From NCBI RefSeq assembly GCF_001194135.2, contig NC_069005.1, positions 30,217,133 through 30,281,132 of the forward strand: DNA of 64,000 nt, read 5' to 3'. The notes beneath the pieces were generated by a model that saw only the letters and a program-made list of their open reading frames with translations, had not been told where the DNA came from and searched no databases. The position numbers and the translations under genes were made by a program. This document shows positions 1-13,171 of this stretch, in pieces. The first letter of the stretch is position 1. Each line of letters opens with the position of its first letter. The DNA comes from Octopus bimaculoides. Taxonomy: Eukaryota.

Positions 1-38
1 AAACAATACCTCCGCCTTCGCGAAGGCGGAGGTAATAA
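1..38 (-). mobile_element. Terminal hairpin of a DINE-1-like non-autonomous Helentron element (HINE), truncated by the window edge
   Basis: Perfect 28-bp palindrome TACCTCCGCCTTCG|CGAAGGCGGAGGTA at 7-34. Its reverse complement aligns with the start of the longer copy at 13172. Family assignment is inferred from the hairpin + microsatellite + core layout. Confidence 0.55.
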
Positions 39-394
39 CGTATTTAGTTAGTTATTAGCGAAGGAAGCAATATAAGTATCGAATAGAAATCACTATATCC
101 TATGATGTAACTGTACAGTAAGAAAACTACAATCCTGCGATATGAGAAAACATCTCGTATAGTACTAAAAAGCATCATGATAAAGCATCTCGTATAATAC
201 TAAAAAAGAACCCTCGCAGGTAAAAGACCCATAGGAGATGCTTTCTCAAGGCGAATATTGCAGTATTACGATGTTCTTGCAGCACATCTACGTTAAGTAG
301 GATACAAAAATTGCTCGCGTATTTAGAGGTGTGCAGTTAAGGGAGGCAACTCTGTGAGCAGTTATAAGTGTGTCACTCTCTAGTGCAAACAAAG

Positions 395-652
395 ATGGCT
401 GCCGCACCGTGTCGTCGAATTCTGGCTCAGGTGAAGGACAAGTTACACAAGACTTCTGTACCGGTTCGGACTTCTGTCACCACGACGACCGGAGCGATGC
501 TGAACAAACCGCCGGTGACTAAATTCAGTATGATCAAAATCATGTCGACAGTTGTGCCGTTTCTCTATTTGGGAGCGAGTGTCAGTCGGAAAGGCGCCGC
601 TTTCTTGGAAGAGAACGATATCTTCGTTCCCGACGACGACGACGACGATTAA
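395..652 (+). CDS. SMDT1: Essential MCU regulator, mitochondrial (EMRE), single coding exon, 85 aa
   Basis: ATG at 395 (aagATGg context). Basic presequence, then TTTGAMLNKP (cf. human TRSGAILPKP), a TM helix with PFLYLGASVS (GxxxS MCU-contact motif) and the diagnostic C-terminus EENDIFVPDDDDDD; TAA at 650-652. Confidence 0.96.
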   Translation: MAAAPCRRILAQVKDKLHKTSVPVRTSVTTTTGAMLNKPPVTKFSMIKIMSTVVPFLYLGASVSRKGAAFLEENDIFVPDDDDDD

Positions 653-1685
653 AGGAGAAACAGCGACAACAATCACAACAATAATAATAGTAACAGCAGC
701 AATTAATAATAATAATAATAACAACTGAAACAGACTGACGTGGTGATGGTGGAGAGATGGCGTTTGAAACACACCTTTACAAGCCAGAAGAGCAGGGAAT
801 GAGGACTAGCAACGGAAGGCATCTAGGCATTCTGTTGCTAGACAGATAAGTAATTTTCTACTTCAGGCAAGAAGTAGAAAAAAAAAAGAAGCCTTAGTGT
901 TACTTTAGTTTATAAAACGTAAATTGCTAACCCTCACTCATGTATATATATATATCAATATATTTGCTTTTTTTGTCTTCCTTCTATACTTGGTAGAATG
1001 AGCACACGCACCTTTATAAAAACTTTGTTCGTTTCGTAAATATATACCTGTAAATATATATATATATATATATATATATAGGCGTGCCCACACACAAAAG
1101 GCATTTATTTTTTTTTCAGTTGGCAGTGGCTTGTGGCTTGACTAGTTTCCAAAAGTAGTCGTGCCACTTTCACCGTGGTCTCTTATTGAATGTCTGTAAT
1201 TAAAAACGATACATTCATGCAAATGTGTGTGTTTGTGTGTGTTGTGATGGAAGCAAAATGGATGATGCTTCGATCAAAAGACTCGATCAACAACAACAAA
1301 AACAGCAGCAGCGGGGAAAAGAAGAAAATACAGGATGGCCACGACTGGATCGAGATCGAACTGGAACTCTACAACAACAACAATGGAAGAAGCCACACTC
1401 GACATGACAACTTCTCGTTTAAACTTGTGTAACTTAGTATTTTTTTTCTTTTTATATGAACGATACTTTTCTTAGTGACATCTTCATTGTATTGTGAACA
1501 CGCATATAGACACGTGAGAAAATACCTTTATAATAATAATATAATTATATATAATATATATATATATATGGCTGCGTTTTTTTTTGTATCCGTTATTTCG
1601 TAGCAAGGTCGTGCTTGGCTGTAAAAAAATTAGCTAATCTTGCAAAAACTACCTGTGCATGCATATAACTGCACACATACATACG

Positions 1686-1731
<46 letters not shown>

Positions 1732-1857
1732 CACAGACACACATACATATAAAATGTATGTGTGTTTACTGTTATGTAATATATAAATTTATAATGTGGT
1801 TGTGTAGAATAACAACTGTTATATATAATTTTTGTATCTTTCTGAAAACAAAAGTAT

Positions 1858-1922
<65 letters not shown>

Positions 1923-3092
1923 CCCCACGTTAGTAGTGTGTACATTCTAGAACTTCTAGAAAGCTTTCTTTTTTCCTTATTATTTGTTGTTTCTGTTTTT
2001 CAAATTTATTTTTCAACTTTATCTTTCCTTCTTTTTGTTTTTTACAGCTGATAAATATAAATATTTATCCCGGTTGCATAGTAACCATTTTTTTCTTAAT
2101 CCATTGATATCTGTGTTTACTTTTTAATCTACCACACCCCCTCCCCCATCGAAAGCTCTTTCAATCACCGTCTAATCTCTCTGGTTGTCTGTCTCTTTTT
2201 TAATTTTTTTATCTCTCTCTCTCTAAATATATATTTATATATATACGCCTGTCTTTCTCTGTGCGTGTCTGTCTTTATCTCTTTTTACTATCTGTCTGTC
2301 TGTGTGTGTGTCTCTCTCTCTCTCTCTCTAGACCAATAATTCTTAGAATACAATGCCCCTGTCTTGTCTTCTATGAAGCATGTCACGTGCTATCTGTTTA
2401 CCATTATGTAACAGTATTAGTGATAATTATTTACTATAATTATACTGATTACAGCGATGACGATGCTGTTGGTATTTCGCAGCCAGCAATCGCAGATTCT
2501 CAAATACACCTTAATTAGTTATGTATCTCACACTAATTAACCCCACCACCACACACACACACACTGCAACACTCAGCATATCAAAATACACGGTTTGTGT
2601 GTCGGGTCGCTCAACTGTGAAATGTCTCACTACTACCATCACTGTTTTTATCACCTACTTTTTTTTTTTCCTTTTTATATGAAATAACCTATTTTCCCCT
2701 ATCTCAGCTTTATACCACTAACGACCTTGGGGAAAGTTTGAATGCCACAACTTCCAATTTCTGCTCCTTTGATTCCTTTTTTGTTTTCTTCTTGAGGATG
2801 GCAGTGAAATCTTTGGCACTTTGCCAAAACTTGATGATGAGGAATACAGGGGAACCCTCACACTATCCCCCAAATCAATTGACTGACGGGGGGGAGAGCA
2901 TTTCAGCCTACATATTTGTGACATTTTGCCAATGTTAAGAAAGTATTATTATTGAGACACTGGATGAATGAATACACACATATTTAACAATACAACACAC
3001 ATATATACACATCACACACATAAAAATAATATATTAAATATGGCATCTATATGTGTGTGTGTATACATATAAACGTGTGTATGTATGTTTGT

Positions 3093-3296
3093 TTTTATGT
3101 CAAGTTCTAATGAAATCAATTTTACATTAAACTGAAGGAATACTTCATATTTTTTGTTGAGTCTATATGTATTTATTCTCTAACAAGAATAGTGTTGATA
3201 AGACATTGAAGTTTTGGCCTGCTTGGCATTCATTGGACTGTCTGATAAAGGCTAAGCAGACCAAAACTTCAAAATCACCATCAACACTATTGTTAA
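3093..3296. repeat. Dispersed ~200-bp element ending in a ~110-bp imperfect hairpin (copy 1 of 3)
   Basis: Hairpin arms (aagaatagtgttgat...gaagttttgg / ccaaaacttc...atcaacactattgtt) and upstream flank match copies at 10278-10492 and 50231-50425. Confidence 0.65.
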
Positions 3297-3317
3297 AGAT
3301 AAAACTATATATATATA

Positions 3318-3494
3318 CCGGAGTAAGCACATAAAATGTGAAACAAGGTGGAAAAAAGAGTACTCAAATACCAGAGGTAGAGTAATATGCTTTATTTAAA
3401 AGCAGCAGAAATATAACAAAAGACTGTTACTCTACCTCTGGTATTTGAGTACTCTTTTTTCCACCTTGTTGCACATTTCATGTGCTTACTCCGG
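3318..3494. repeat. Inverted repeat (68-bp arms, 41-bp spacer) of a dispersed element, possibly a Penelope-like pseudo-LTR end
   Basis: 3318-3385 is the reverse complement of 3427-3494 with 2 mismatches. A single-arm homolog lies at about 50465-50530. The Penelope assignment is inference only. Confidence 0.6.
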
Positions 3495-5468
3495 TATATA
3501 TATATATATATAACCCCCTTTTACTCGCACCCACTTATTACACTTGGTATAACACTAGTGTAANNNNNNNNNNNNNNNNNNNNNNNNNNNNNNNNNNNNN
3601 NNNNNNNNNNNNNNNNNATATATATATATATATACTCACACATACACAGATCCACCATCTACATTCACACATACCTGTTTGTATATGTTCGTTAGTGAAA
3701 GATTTATATCTCTGGGTTGAGGACTTACTTTAATGTCACAAGTATGGAAAGAAAAAAAATTGACTTACTTATTTGATTCTTTGTGTTCATTTTCATTAAG
3801 AAGGACCTCTGTGCCCTCATCTGTAAAGTTGTCAGCATTGTGATCCGGCTTCACATTGAATACACGGGAAGAAAAAGGTAGTCCGCAATAAGGTAGAAGA
3901 TAAAAAAAGAATTAATTTAATGAATTAGTAATTTCTTTAGTATTTGAAGAGATTTGAAAGAAGGAAAACAATTTAATTTGCTTTGCTGGAAGTTTCTAGA
4001 TTTCTAAATATGTAATTACTTAATTAATCGAATATCTATTGAAATAATGTAATGAAGAAGCAGTAGCGATATGAACTGTGATATGTTTGTATTATTATTA
4101 TTATCTTGTGCTGAAGTGGTGTTTGTTGTGCTATGGGATGAAAAATAGATTAACTGCACCAGGCAGTGCTCTTTAATCACAGTATAAAAAAAATATATGT
4201 GCATATATATATATATATATATATATCTGCAGATGAGATCTAAGACTGCTCAAGTGATTTGAACTTACTCTCTGAAACCTATGTGTATATATTTTGTATA
4301 TGAAACCCAAGCAGTCTTATTTGTTTCTTTGCACACACACATTTTTTTATACTGTGATTAAAGGGCTCTACCTACACACACATATACACACAAAATGTTA
4401 TGAAAATCACTGTGCATTTATATTATTTTAATAAAAATATAACTGCATGGAGACTTTTAAACACACTATATCTCTCTCTATTTCTCCATATATATATAAT
4501 TTATGTGTGTGGATGTATGTATATCTTACACTGTTTTCATTGGTTTTACTTTTGGTCTTGATCAGTTGTCTTATTCCTCTGCTTTAATTACAAAAGTGTA
4601 GACTGGATTCGAACTAGCGATCTTTACTCTTGTACTAAAAGTAACAACATTCCTATTCACTCAGCCACTGACACATGTATAGTGTTATTACTTTTAGTTT
4701 ATAAGCTAAAGTTCCAAGTTCATATCAACCCTGGTTCTATTGTGCACACCCAGGCAGGAACAAGACTCCTGATGACAACTGAAATTTACTGATATATATA
4801 TATATATATATATATCATTATTGCAAGATTTCTTACTTGCAATAATGAATATTATTAGTGTGACAGAGTTTAATCTATTTAACAGCTTATCTTGGACATT
4901 TAAAATGTGTATGCATTTGGATGTACATAAGAGGGAATAAAGAATGTACTCTATACATGTAGTAGAGTAGGGTAAATAGTACTCTACACAAAATGTAGTT
5001 CTATGCATGTGGTAGATGTCATACATTTATTCAAAACTGAGACTTCACTCTGTTGTCTATTTTGAGTCTCTTATTACCATCATGTCCTTAAGTCACATTG
5101 AGGAACTTAACTGGAAACTTATATATAAATAAATGTGTATGTATATTTATGTATTCATTATTAGTGATGGAAGTGACATTAGTTAAAAATAGCGTTCTGT
5201 ATATCATACTTAACACAGATACATGTTGAAAGCCTGGAAATTGCTGCTGTATTTGACTCGCCAAAGCAGATCTTATGGCTATATAAGTGTTAAAAGAAAC
5301 AACAACAAAAAACAAAGAAATATATCAGTCACAAAAGACAGCACCAGTGACCGCGATGGTCACTGGTGCTGTGTGGTTTTTAATGCTATATGGCTATAAG
5401 AGATGCCATTTAAAACGAATACTGCAGTTTATCTGGGTATATATCTGCATTAAGTATTGTATACAGAA

Positions 5469-5502
<34 letters not shown>

Positions 5503-5929
5503 TCATTTAATCATATATATATATATAAACATACATACATATACACACACACATGATTATGCCAATATGAGAGGCAGAGCGAAGTAGAATGTTTATATTA
5601 TTTTATCAGACCTGGGCAACTCCATCACTGACCTAAGAAGCCAACAGTTTCTTGCAAACTTATTGAGTAGTTTGATTAGTGTGTTTTGCATGAAACTCTT
5701 GGCCCCTGAATCACTGCTGTAGTTTCTCAGCAATATGTAAAATTATATATGTGTTTGTTCAAAATATTTATCTCTGCTCTTCTCGATGCCACCCAGCTCT
5801 AAACTGCACCACTTCAGTTTATAATTCTAAATTCAAGCATGACCATCACTAGATCATATCTGCTTCACTTCTAATTTTACTCACTGTCCCTTCATTATTT
5901 CTGTAGACTTTTTGAAAACTAAATTTTTC

Positions 5930-6137
5930 TTGACTCTTCAGCATCCAGATTATTCTATCAGATGTAATGCTTATGTATTCACATTGTTTTGAACTGATCA
6001 TGACTTTGATGATGTAATTGTTTAATTTTAGAATGACATTATCATGTAGGTGTGAGAGGCTGCATCTGGCCAGTTTGAATTTAAAACGAGTAGAAGATTT
6101 GGGCCTGATATGGCTAGTTTAAATACTAAAGGGTTAA
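5930..6137. mobile_element. piggyBac-like MITE (copy 1 of 3)
   Basis: Ends in ...ctaaagggTTAA; internal sequence matches 29534-29764 and 51353-51563. Confidence 0.6.
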
Positions 6138-7599
6138 TTTTAGCAACATCTTTTATACAACAAAGACCTTTATTACACCTATAATTCTTATGAAGGGATT
6201 ACATGTATTACCTATATTCCTTCATAATAATTACAGGTGTTTACTATACAGAACAGCTTGTGTTTATAACTCCTCTATACTACATCCTCTGTATTACTCT
6301 TGAAAGAGTACAATTTTTGAGGTACTCTCGTATAGAACAGCTTGTGCACATCACTCTTGTATCACACAACATCTGTATATAACTCCTATAAAACTCTGGC
6401 TCTGTAACACTCTTATACAGTATAATCACTGAGTATCTTTTTTCTGTACTGCACAGTTTCTCTATGTATCCTTCCTGTACAGATCAGCACTTGTGTATAT
6501 CAGTCTTGTACCATTCAACATCTGTCTATATATATCCTTTAAAACAATAATTCTGTGGCGCACTTATACAATACAATCTCTGAGTATCTTTCCTGTACGG
6601 CACACTGTCTCTGTGTATCCTTCCTGTGCAGCGTAGTGTCTCTGTTAAGTTGTGTTGCTTACTCTTCGCACCAGCTTCTGTGTCACAATACTGTTCTACA
6701 TCAAAACACACACACACACACACCTTCGTTTACCTTTTGGCTCTCACAGAAACCCCTTGTCCTCTGCACCAGTACTGCTATCTATTTGTACTGTGAGGGT
6801 TAGCACAGCGGTCCCTAACCTCTTGCACCACAGACTGGTTTCATGCGAGACAAATTTTTCCACAGACTGGGGAGATCACATGCATAACAAAACACAATAA
6901 AGCATATAATATATAATCTAATTATTACATATACATTATATATATATAATACATATGTAATGCAAAAACATGCTGCAGACTGCGATAGTCTATAAAATAG
7001 AGTAAAATCTTAAAATTTATTCTTTCTCTGCAGCCCAGTATCAAAATGATCCCTGTGCTGGTCTGCACTTAGAGGATGACATTTATTATATATAGAGAAG
7101 GGATGGTTGTTTATTCATTAGATGTGTTGCTGCTGATGCCTATGATGATGATAACGATGGTGGTGGTGGTGATGGTGACTAATGGTTGTGGTATTGAATG
7201 ACATCACTGAAGATTTTTGGGAGTGACACTTAGCTGTAATTGTCCAGATTATTTGCTTGGTTTGTTTTAGTTACTTTCTCGTGATGTGGATGAAATTTCA
7301 TGCTTCAGTCGTGCTAAAACACGCACACACACACACACACATAGAGCTTTGCAGTTGTTTGCAATTACACAAAATGGTTGGTGGATTAAATTGGCAGACA
7401 TAGTTTTAGGCCAAGATGCTGTGGCATTTCCTCTGGCTCTTTGCAATCTGAGTTCAAACTATATATATATATATATATACATATCTATGTGTTCATGTAT
7501 ATATATATATATGTATACACACACACATATAATACGCAGATATAGTTACATATATAATGTTCATATCCATTTTCTGATACTTAATCACAGTACACATAT

Positions 7600-7712
7600 G
7601 CGCATTTGTACACACACGCATTTATACATACACGCATTTATACATACATACATGCATTTATACATACATACACGCATTTATACATGCATACACGCATTTA
7701 TACATACATACA
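7600..7712. repeat. Short tandem repeat, unit ~20 bp (acgcatttatacatacatac)
   Basis: About five degenerate units are directly visible. Confidence 0.8.
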
Positions 7713-10277
7713 TATATAATCTGTACTAATGTGAATTTCAATATGAATCTCATTTTCTTTTCTTTTTTGTTTCTCAAGTAATGCTTACAAATGTACTTGT
7801 TATTGATAATGCATACATACATATATATATGTACACACACACACACATGCATACAAATACACTCCCCCCTCTCTCTTTCCTACTCATGAAGGAGCTTCCC
7901 CCCCCCCCAGTCCTTTCACCACCACTCTGTAGATACAACATGAAAGAAGGACACACAAATATATATATATATATATACACGTGTGTGTATACACATTTGA
8001 CAGCAACCTTTTTTAAGTCATTGAGGTAGACTGTTGGTCATTCAAGCTTCTAGAAGCAACAGCTAAATCTCACTCAAATCATGCTATAACTGTTTTAAAA
8101 CGGGAAGGACACACGGGATAATCTAAAACAGAAAATGGGATGACCTTGGCCAGAGAACCTTTGACTATATGTCTGCTTGGTCAGAGCTGACCTGGGGTTA
8201 AATAACTACAACACCCTTGAATGTTAACTGTGTCTGTTTTAGATTCTTAGTTCATACCAAAACAACGGACTGCAGTTAAGACTCGTGTCTTCTGTTCTAT
8301 GATTCTAGACCAACCTGCTGTTAGTTAGTGCTGGTTGCTTTATGTTTGTTGTTGTTGTTGTTGTTGTTGTTTCTTACCCAGACCAACCCTGATTGTGCAG
8401 ACCAGTTTGTCAAAAGTGCTTCAACCAGGACCATTCTATCCAACTCCCCGCAGGGGGCAGAGAATCACCTAGCTCTACTTTATCTAATGTATCCTTCTCG
8501 AAGACAGTCATATGTGGTTCGAGACAGATTTACCTCATTATAACTGCTATTTGTTGGTGTTTACTTAAGAACATTGGTTAGTTCTGTCCATTTATTTAAC
8601 ATTCCAGAATCTTAGCAGCATCGAAGCAGAATATCAAACCTGTTCACTGTCATAGAAGTGGGACTTATTTATTTAATTTGTGTCTTTTAAAAACCCTACC
8701 ACTTCACCTCTTCCCAAGCTTGGGCAATAACTTATCTTCTTAAAATCTGGGGGAAAAACAATTACGCAATGGTTGTTGTTTGGCCAAAGGTTCTTACCTA
8801 GGTTTAATTGTGGTTTTAGGATCAAAATGTTGGGGCACCCCTCCACCTTTGATTTTCTTTTTTTCTTTTTTTAAACCATTTTCCTTTGGGTGTAAGTTCA
8901 AGGTCTTTGTTTGTTGACCAATTTTAGAGGTTGCTAACAATGACCTTATTCTACTTGCACTTTGCTCTTCAAGAAACTTGGTCTTGGTTACTAGTGCCAC
9001 AACCATTTTAAGGGCATTTTTTTCCCAGCTATATGAATATATATATATATATGTGTGTGTGGGTGTATGTGTGCACACCTATATATATATATATGTATGT
9101 ATGATCATATATAAAATGTATGATTATTTTTTTCATACATAAACATAAAAGCACTTATGTGCATGTATGTGTGTGGCTACAAAGAAACACTCTGAGACTT
9201 CATGCAGTTGTCATCATGCTGAGATGTCTGCACTCATCCCCTGTCACCTGCCGATCAATGCAGCCATTTCAGTGAGTGCTTGACTAGCTGTGTGAATGGA
9301 AACAAAAAACTTATTGAATGAGGGAGTTTGTTGCTTCATACATACTATATAAACAAAGCCATTCTGTCTATGCTTGCATGGTTAGAATGGATTTGAAAAT
9401 GAACCGGGGGTTAAATAAAAAAAAAAAGAAGACAAATCAAAGGTTTTTTTCCCCCCTTGACCCCATGACTTTTGATTTTCTCATCACTGAGATTTGTTAT
9501 GCCAGAAATAAATTGAGGTGGGTGTAACTGGTAGGGCTTTAAAACTACGTTCAGAATACATATTTGATACAGGGTGGGGGTAGGTTATAGAATACGCTAT
9601 CATGTCAGTTGTTAAATGCATGTCAGAAGTACCCTTTATCTGATGGCTTCTGCAGTTTCTGTTCATTTCCATTTTCACACACAAAGCACAAGAAGATTCT
9701 TACCCAAGGTGATCGAGTCCAAAGTATCATCACAATTGCAAAGCAAGTGTCTTAAGCATCTGACCCCAATGTACAAGCGCATGTGCACACGGGCATTACA
9801 CACACCACCATATACATGTCTAAATATCACAACAAAGATCTCACATGTTTCGGCGTCATATCTACTAAAATGTCAACATAAGCCACTTTACAAAACGAAT
9901 CCGATATATAAAGTATAGCTAAGTGGCAACAAACACTCGCAACAGTAATTTCTGTTGTGTAGGCATGTTTAGTTAAATAAGTGGAACTTCACTTGCATAT
10001 AACAATAGTTTCCTCATACATTTTGAATAGTTAGATCAGCAACTAGATGTAGATATTTCCAGGTCGAACAGGCCCAAGCTGTACTATCTGTCACAAGGGC
10101 TAAAGAATACTTTTAAGCTGAAACTCTATATCTCGGATATCTTGAGCACTGTCATCTGTTGTGTAGAGCACTTAGCACTTTTTGATAAAAAGCTATTCAT
10201 GGAACTCTTGGCACTTGAGCCACTCTTTTAACTTCTTAACTAGTCATGTGTGTACACACACACACATATTAATGTTT

Positions 10278-10492
10278 GCTTTTATGTTCAGTTATGATAA
10301 AAACAATTGTTCATTAATCTGATGGGGTACTCTATGCTTTTGTAGAGTTCAAGTTTATTTTCTTAAACAAGATGTTGTTGACAGTGACTTCAAAGTTTTG
10401 GCTGGCTAAGTCATCCTCAGACTCTAATGCATTGCAGTTTGATGATGGCTTAGCTGGCCAAAGCTTTGAAGTCAATGTCAACAACATTCTTG
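10278..10492. repeat. Dispersed element with terminal imperfect hairpin (copy 2 of 3)
   Basis: gatgttgttgacagtgacttcaaagttttggc ... gccaaagctttgaagtcaatgtcaacaacattc; flank shared with the 3093 and 50231 copies. Confidence 0.7.
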
Positions 10493-10502
10493 CTTAAGGA
10501 TA

Positions 10503-10559
<57 letters not shown>

Positions 10560-11289
10560 TTGTGTTTTTCCAGTTTGTTCATTTGTTCCACTAAGCACTT
10601 GTATCTTATACACACATACATACACAGAAGCTTGTGGCTGTTTGTTTAAGATGTTTGATTTGCACTCACATGATTTTGGGGTTAGATCGTTTTGGATGGC
10701 ACCTTGGGCGAACGTCTTCTACTCTAGCCTTGGGCTGACCAATGCCTTGAGAGTGAAATAAAGTACCTGCCTTGAAGGCGAGGATTGACATCAGGAAGGG
10801 CATCAGGCCGTAGAATACTCCCTCATGAATTCTTGTCCAACTCATATCAGCATGGGGAAAACAGTCATGATGAAGACACTATAAACATACATGTATGTGT
10901 ATATATATATATATATATATATACATATGTATAAACAAAATTATATGTACATACATGCATTCACACACACATACATACACATTCACACACACATTTGTGT
11001 CTATGTAAACCCACATAAATAATTTTGATTATGTGTATGCGCCTGTATGCAAATACACCCCATTTCACACACCTACATAAGAGGGAATTTAATAAAAATG
11101 ATTTTAAAGATTACATAAAGAAACTATTACTGGTAATATTTTCTTCGTATAATTTAAAAAACCATTTTTATTAAATCATCTCTTAAATTCAAATGCCTTA
11201 GACTTACTTCTGTGCTATTTCCACCTCCATCTTTTATTTATATATATAATCCACATAATTCAGTGTATTTTTAGTTTTGAAATCCTGTG

Positions 11290-11630
11290 GCACAAACTTT
11301 TACTGATAACAGCTTTTTGCAGTAACTCTAACTTCACAGACCATCAGGTGACAATTTTCAGAGATCACAGCACACACTGCTACCACAACATGACCATCAT
11401 TCTTGGTGGAAAGCTTCAAACCTAGCTTCATCTTTTGTGGTGGTTCTTCCCAATCCAAAAATGCTGGTACCACTTTTGACATTGCATACACCTCCAAAAG
11501 TTTTCCCCGTAGGCACGCTGCAGCATTAGACAAGTTTCCATAAGAAGATTCTTTTCCCCTAATTTCGAATGAAATTTCATTAGAAACAAATTAGTCTTTT
11601 AAATCTTTCCCTTAACTACTTGCAACAAAT
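11290..11630 (-). pseudogene. Decayed mariner-type transposase, N-terminal HTH region
   Basis: Frameshifted pieces FVSNEIS / METCLMLQRAYGEN..KWYQHF / STKNDGHV..VISENCHLMVCEV follow the mariner N-terminal pattern KFCV.N.IS..E...MLQ.AYGE....VYEWYK.F...RPSTS..ENV..V..ENR.LTVRE. Stops and frameshifts are present. Confidence 0.75.
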
Positions 11631-12222
11631 CGCCATATATATATATATATATAAATTTAAATTTAGTTAGAGACATTAGATATGTAGATATATCTGCAAG
11701 TATATGTGAATACATACATAAACGTATGCATACCTACAGATTTCTTTATTATTCTCATATATATATATATGTAGGTAGATAGATAGAAATATTGATACAT
11801 AGATGTGTAGGTAATAAAGCATATATGAATAAATACACAAAGCCTGTATCTATATACTCAGATTATTCTTGCTTTCTCTCATATTAATAAATATTTAAAC
11901 AGCTAGACAGGCAGACATAGATTTCTCTAAAAGCACATCCTATCACCCTTAAAACACTGCTTCCTACTTCAAGAGTTAATGTTTCCGAAAAACAAAACAA
12001 TAAAAGATGGTAATTGCTTGTAATATTTTTGTTATTTTGTGTGTGTTTTTTTTAAATTCATTATGGCTTTTTTTCCTTTAAGTATTCTTTGTTTTATTGT
12101 GGAAATACTGCTATTAATCCATTGTTCGGTTCTCCCCCCCCCCTCCGGCCCATTTTTTTTCTGCGTATGTTTTCTATCCATTTCATTGTTTCATTGTTCA
12201 ATGGAATATATACGTATGTGTA

Positions 12223-12253
<31 letters not shown>

Positions 12254-13060
12254 NNNNNNNNNNNNNNNNNNNNNNNNNNNNNNNNNNNNNNNNNNNNNNN
12301 NNNNNNNNNNNNNNNNNNNNNNNNNNNNNNNNNNNNNNNNNNNNNNNNNNNNNNNNNNNNNNNNNNNNNNNNNNNNNNNNNNNNNNNNNNNNNNNNNNNN
12401 NNNNNNNNNNNNNNNNNNNNNNNNNNNNNNNNNNNNNNNNNNNNNNNNNNNNNNNNNNNNNNNNNNNNNNNNNNNNNNNNNNNNNNNNNNNNNNNNNNNN
12501 NNNNNNNNNNNNNNNNNNNNNNNNNNNNNNNNNNNNNNNNNNNNNNNNNNNNNNNNNNNNNNNNNNNNNNNNNNNNNNNNNNNNNNNNNNNNNNNNNNNN
12601 NNNNNNNNNNNNNNNNNNNNNNNNNNNNNNNNNNNNNNNNNNNNNNNNNNNNNNNNNNNNNNNNNNNNNNNNNNNNNNNNNNNNNNNNNNNNNNNNNNNN
12701 NNNNNNNNNNNNNNNNNNNNNNNNNNNNNNNNNNNNNNNNNNNNNNNNNNNNNNNNNNNNNNNNNNNNNNNNNNNNNNNNNNNNNNNNNNNNNNNNNNNN
12801 NNNNNNNNNNNNNNNNNNNNNNNNNNNNNNNNNNNNNNNNNNNNNNNNNNNNNNNNNNNNNNNNNNNNNNNNNNNNNNNNNNNNNNNNNNNNNNNNNNNN
12901 NNNNNNNNNNNNNNNNNNNNNNNNNNNNNNNNNNNNNNNNNNNNNNNNNNNNNNNNNNNNNNNNNNNNNNNNNNNNNNNNNNNNNNCACTGAAAAACTGA
13001 CATTTTGTTCCTCTTTCTGACTTAAATAAAGTATTTACTACTTGTTCTATTGGCTTTGGA

Positions 13061-13119
<59 letters not shown>

Positions 13120-13171
13120 GTTGTTGTTGTTGTTGTTGTTATAATTGTAGTTATCATTTTTATTTCAAGGA

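Noticed and set aside
2718-2940. Possible Tc1/piggyBac transposase remnant
   Set aside because: Only vague motif similarity (IWGIV), too weak to call.
3763-3890. Minus-strand open frame (GLPFSSRVFNVKPDHNADNFTDEGTEVLLNENEHKESN) ending at GTAAGT
   Set aside because: There is no AG acceptor within the open frame and no recognisable homology.
4765-4800. Hammerhead-like CTGATGA...GAAA
   Set aside because: Stem II and stem III cannot form. Other CTGATGA hits (15545, 31866, 50878) also lack the core.
8300-9710. Three minus-strand GGTAAGAA donor-like sites (8377, 8797, ~9703) suggesting a hidden multi-exon gene
   Set aside because: Phases are incompatible and in-frame stops intervene. The 8377 site lies in a dispersed repeat with a (caa)n tail also seen at 8190, 18715 and 25840.
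9700-10230. Stop-riddled minus-strand frame and a ccgaaacatgt motif suggesting a Penelope remnant
   Set aside because: No unambiguous catalytic motif.
11300-11533. Protein-like 77-aa minus-strand ORF (MSNAAACLRGKLL...)
   Set aside because: It is a shifted frame of a decayed mariner transposase, not a host exon.
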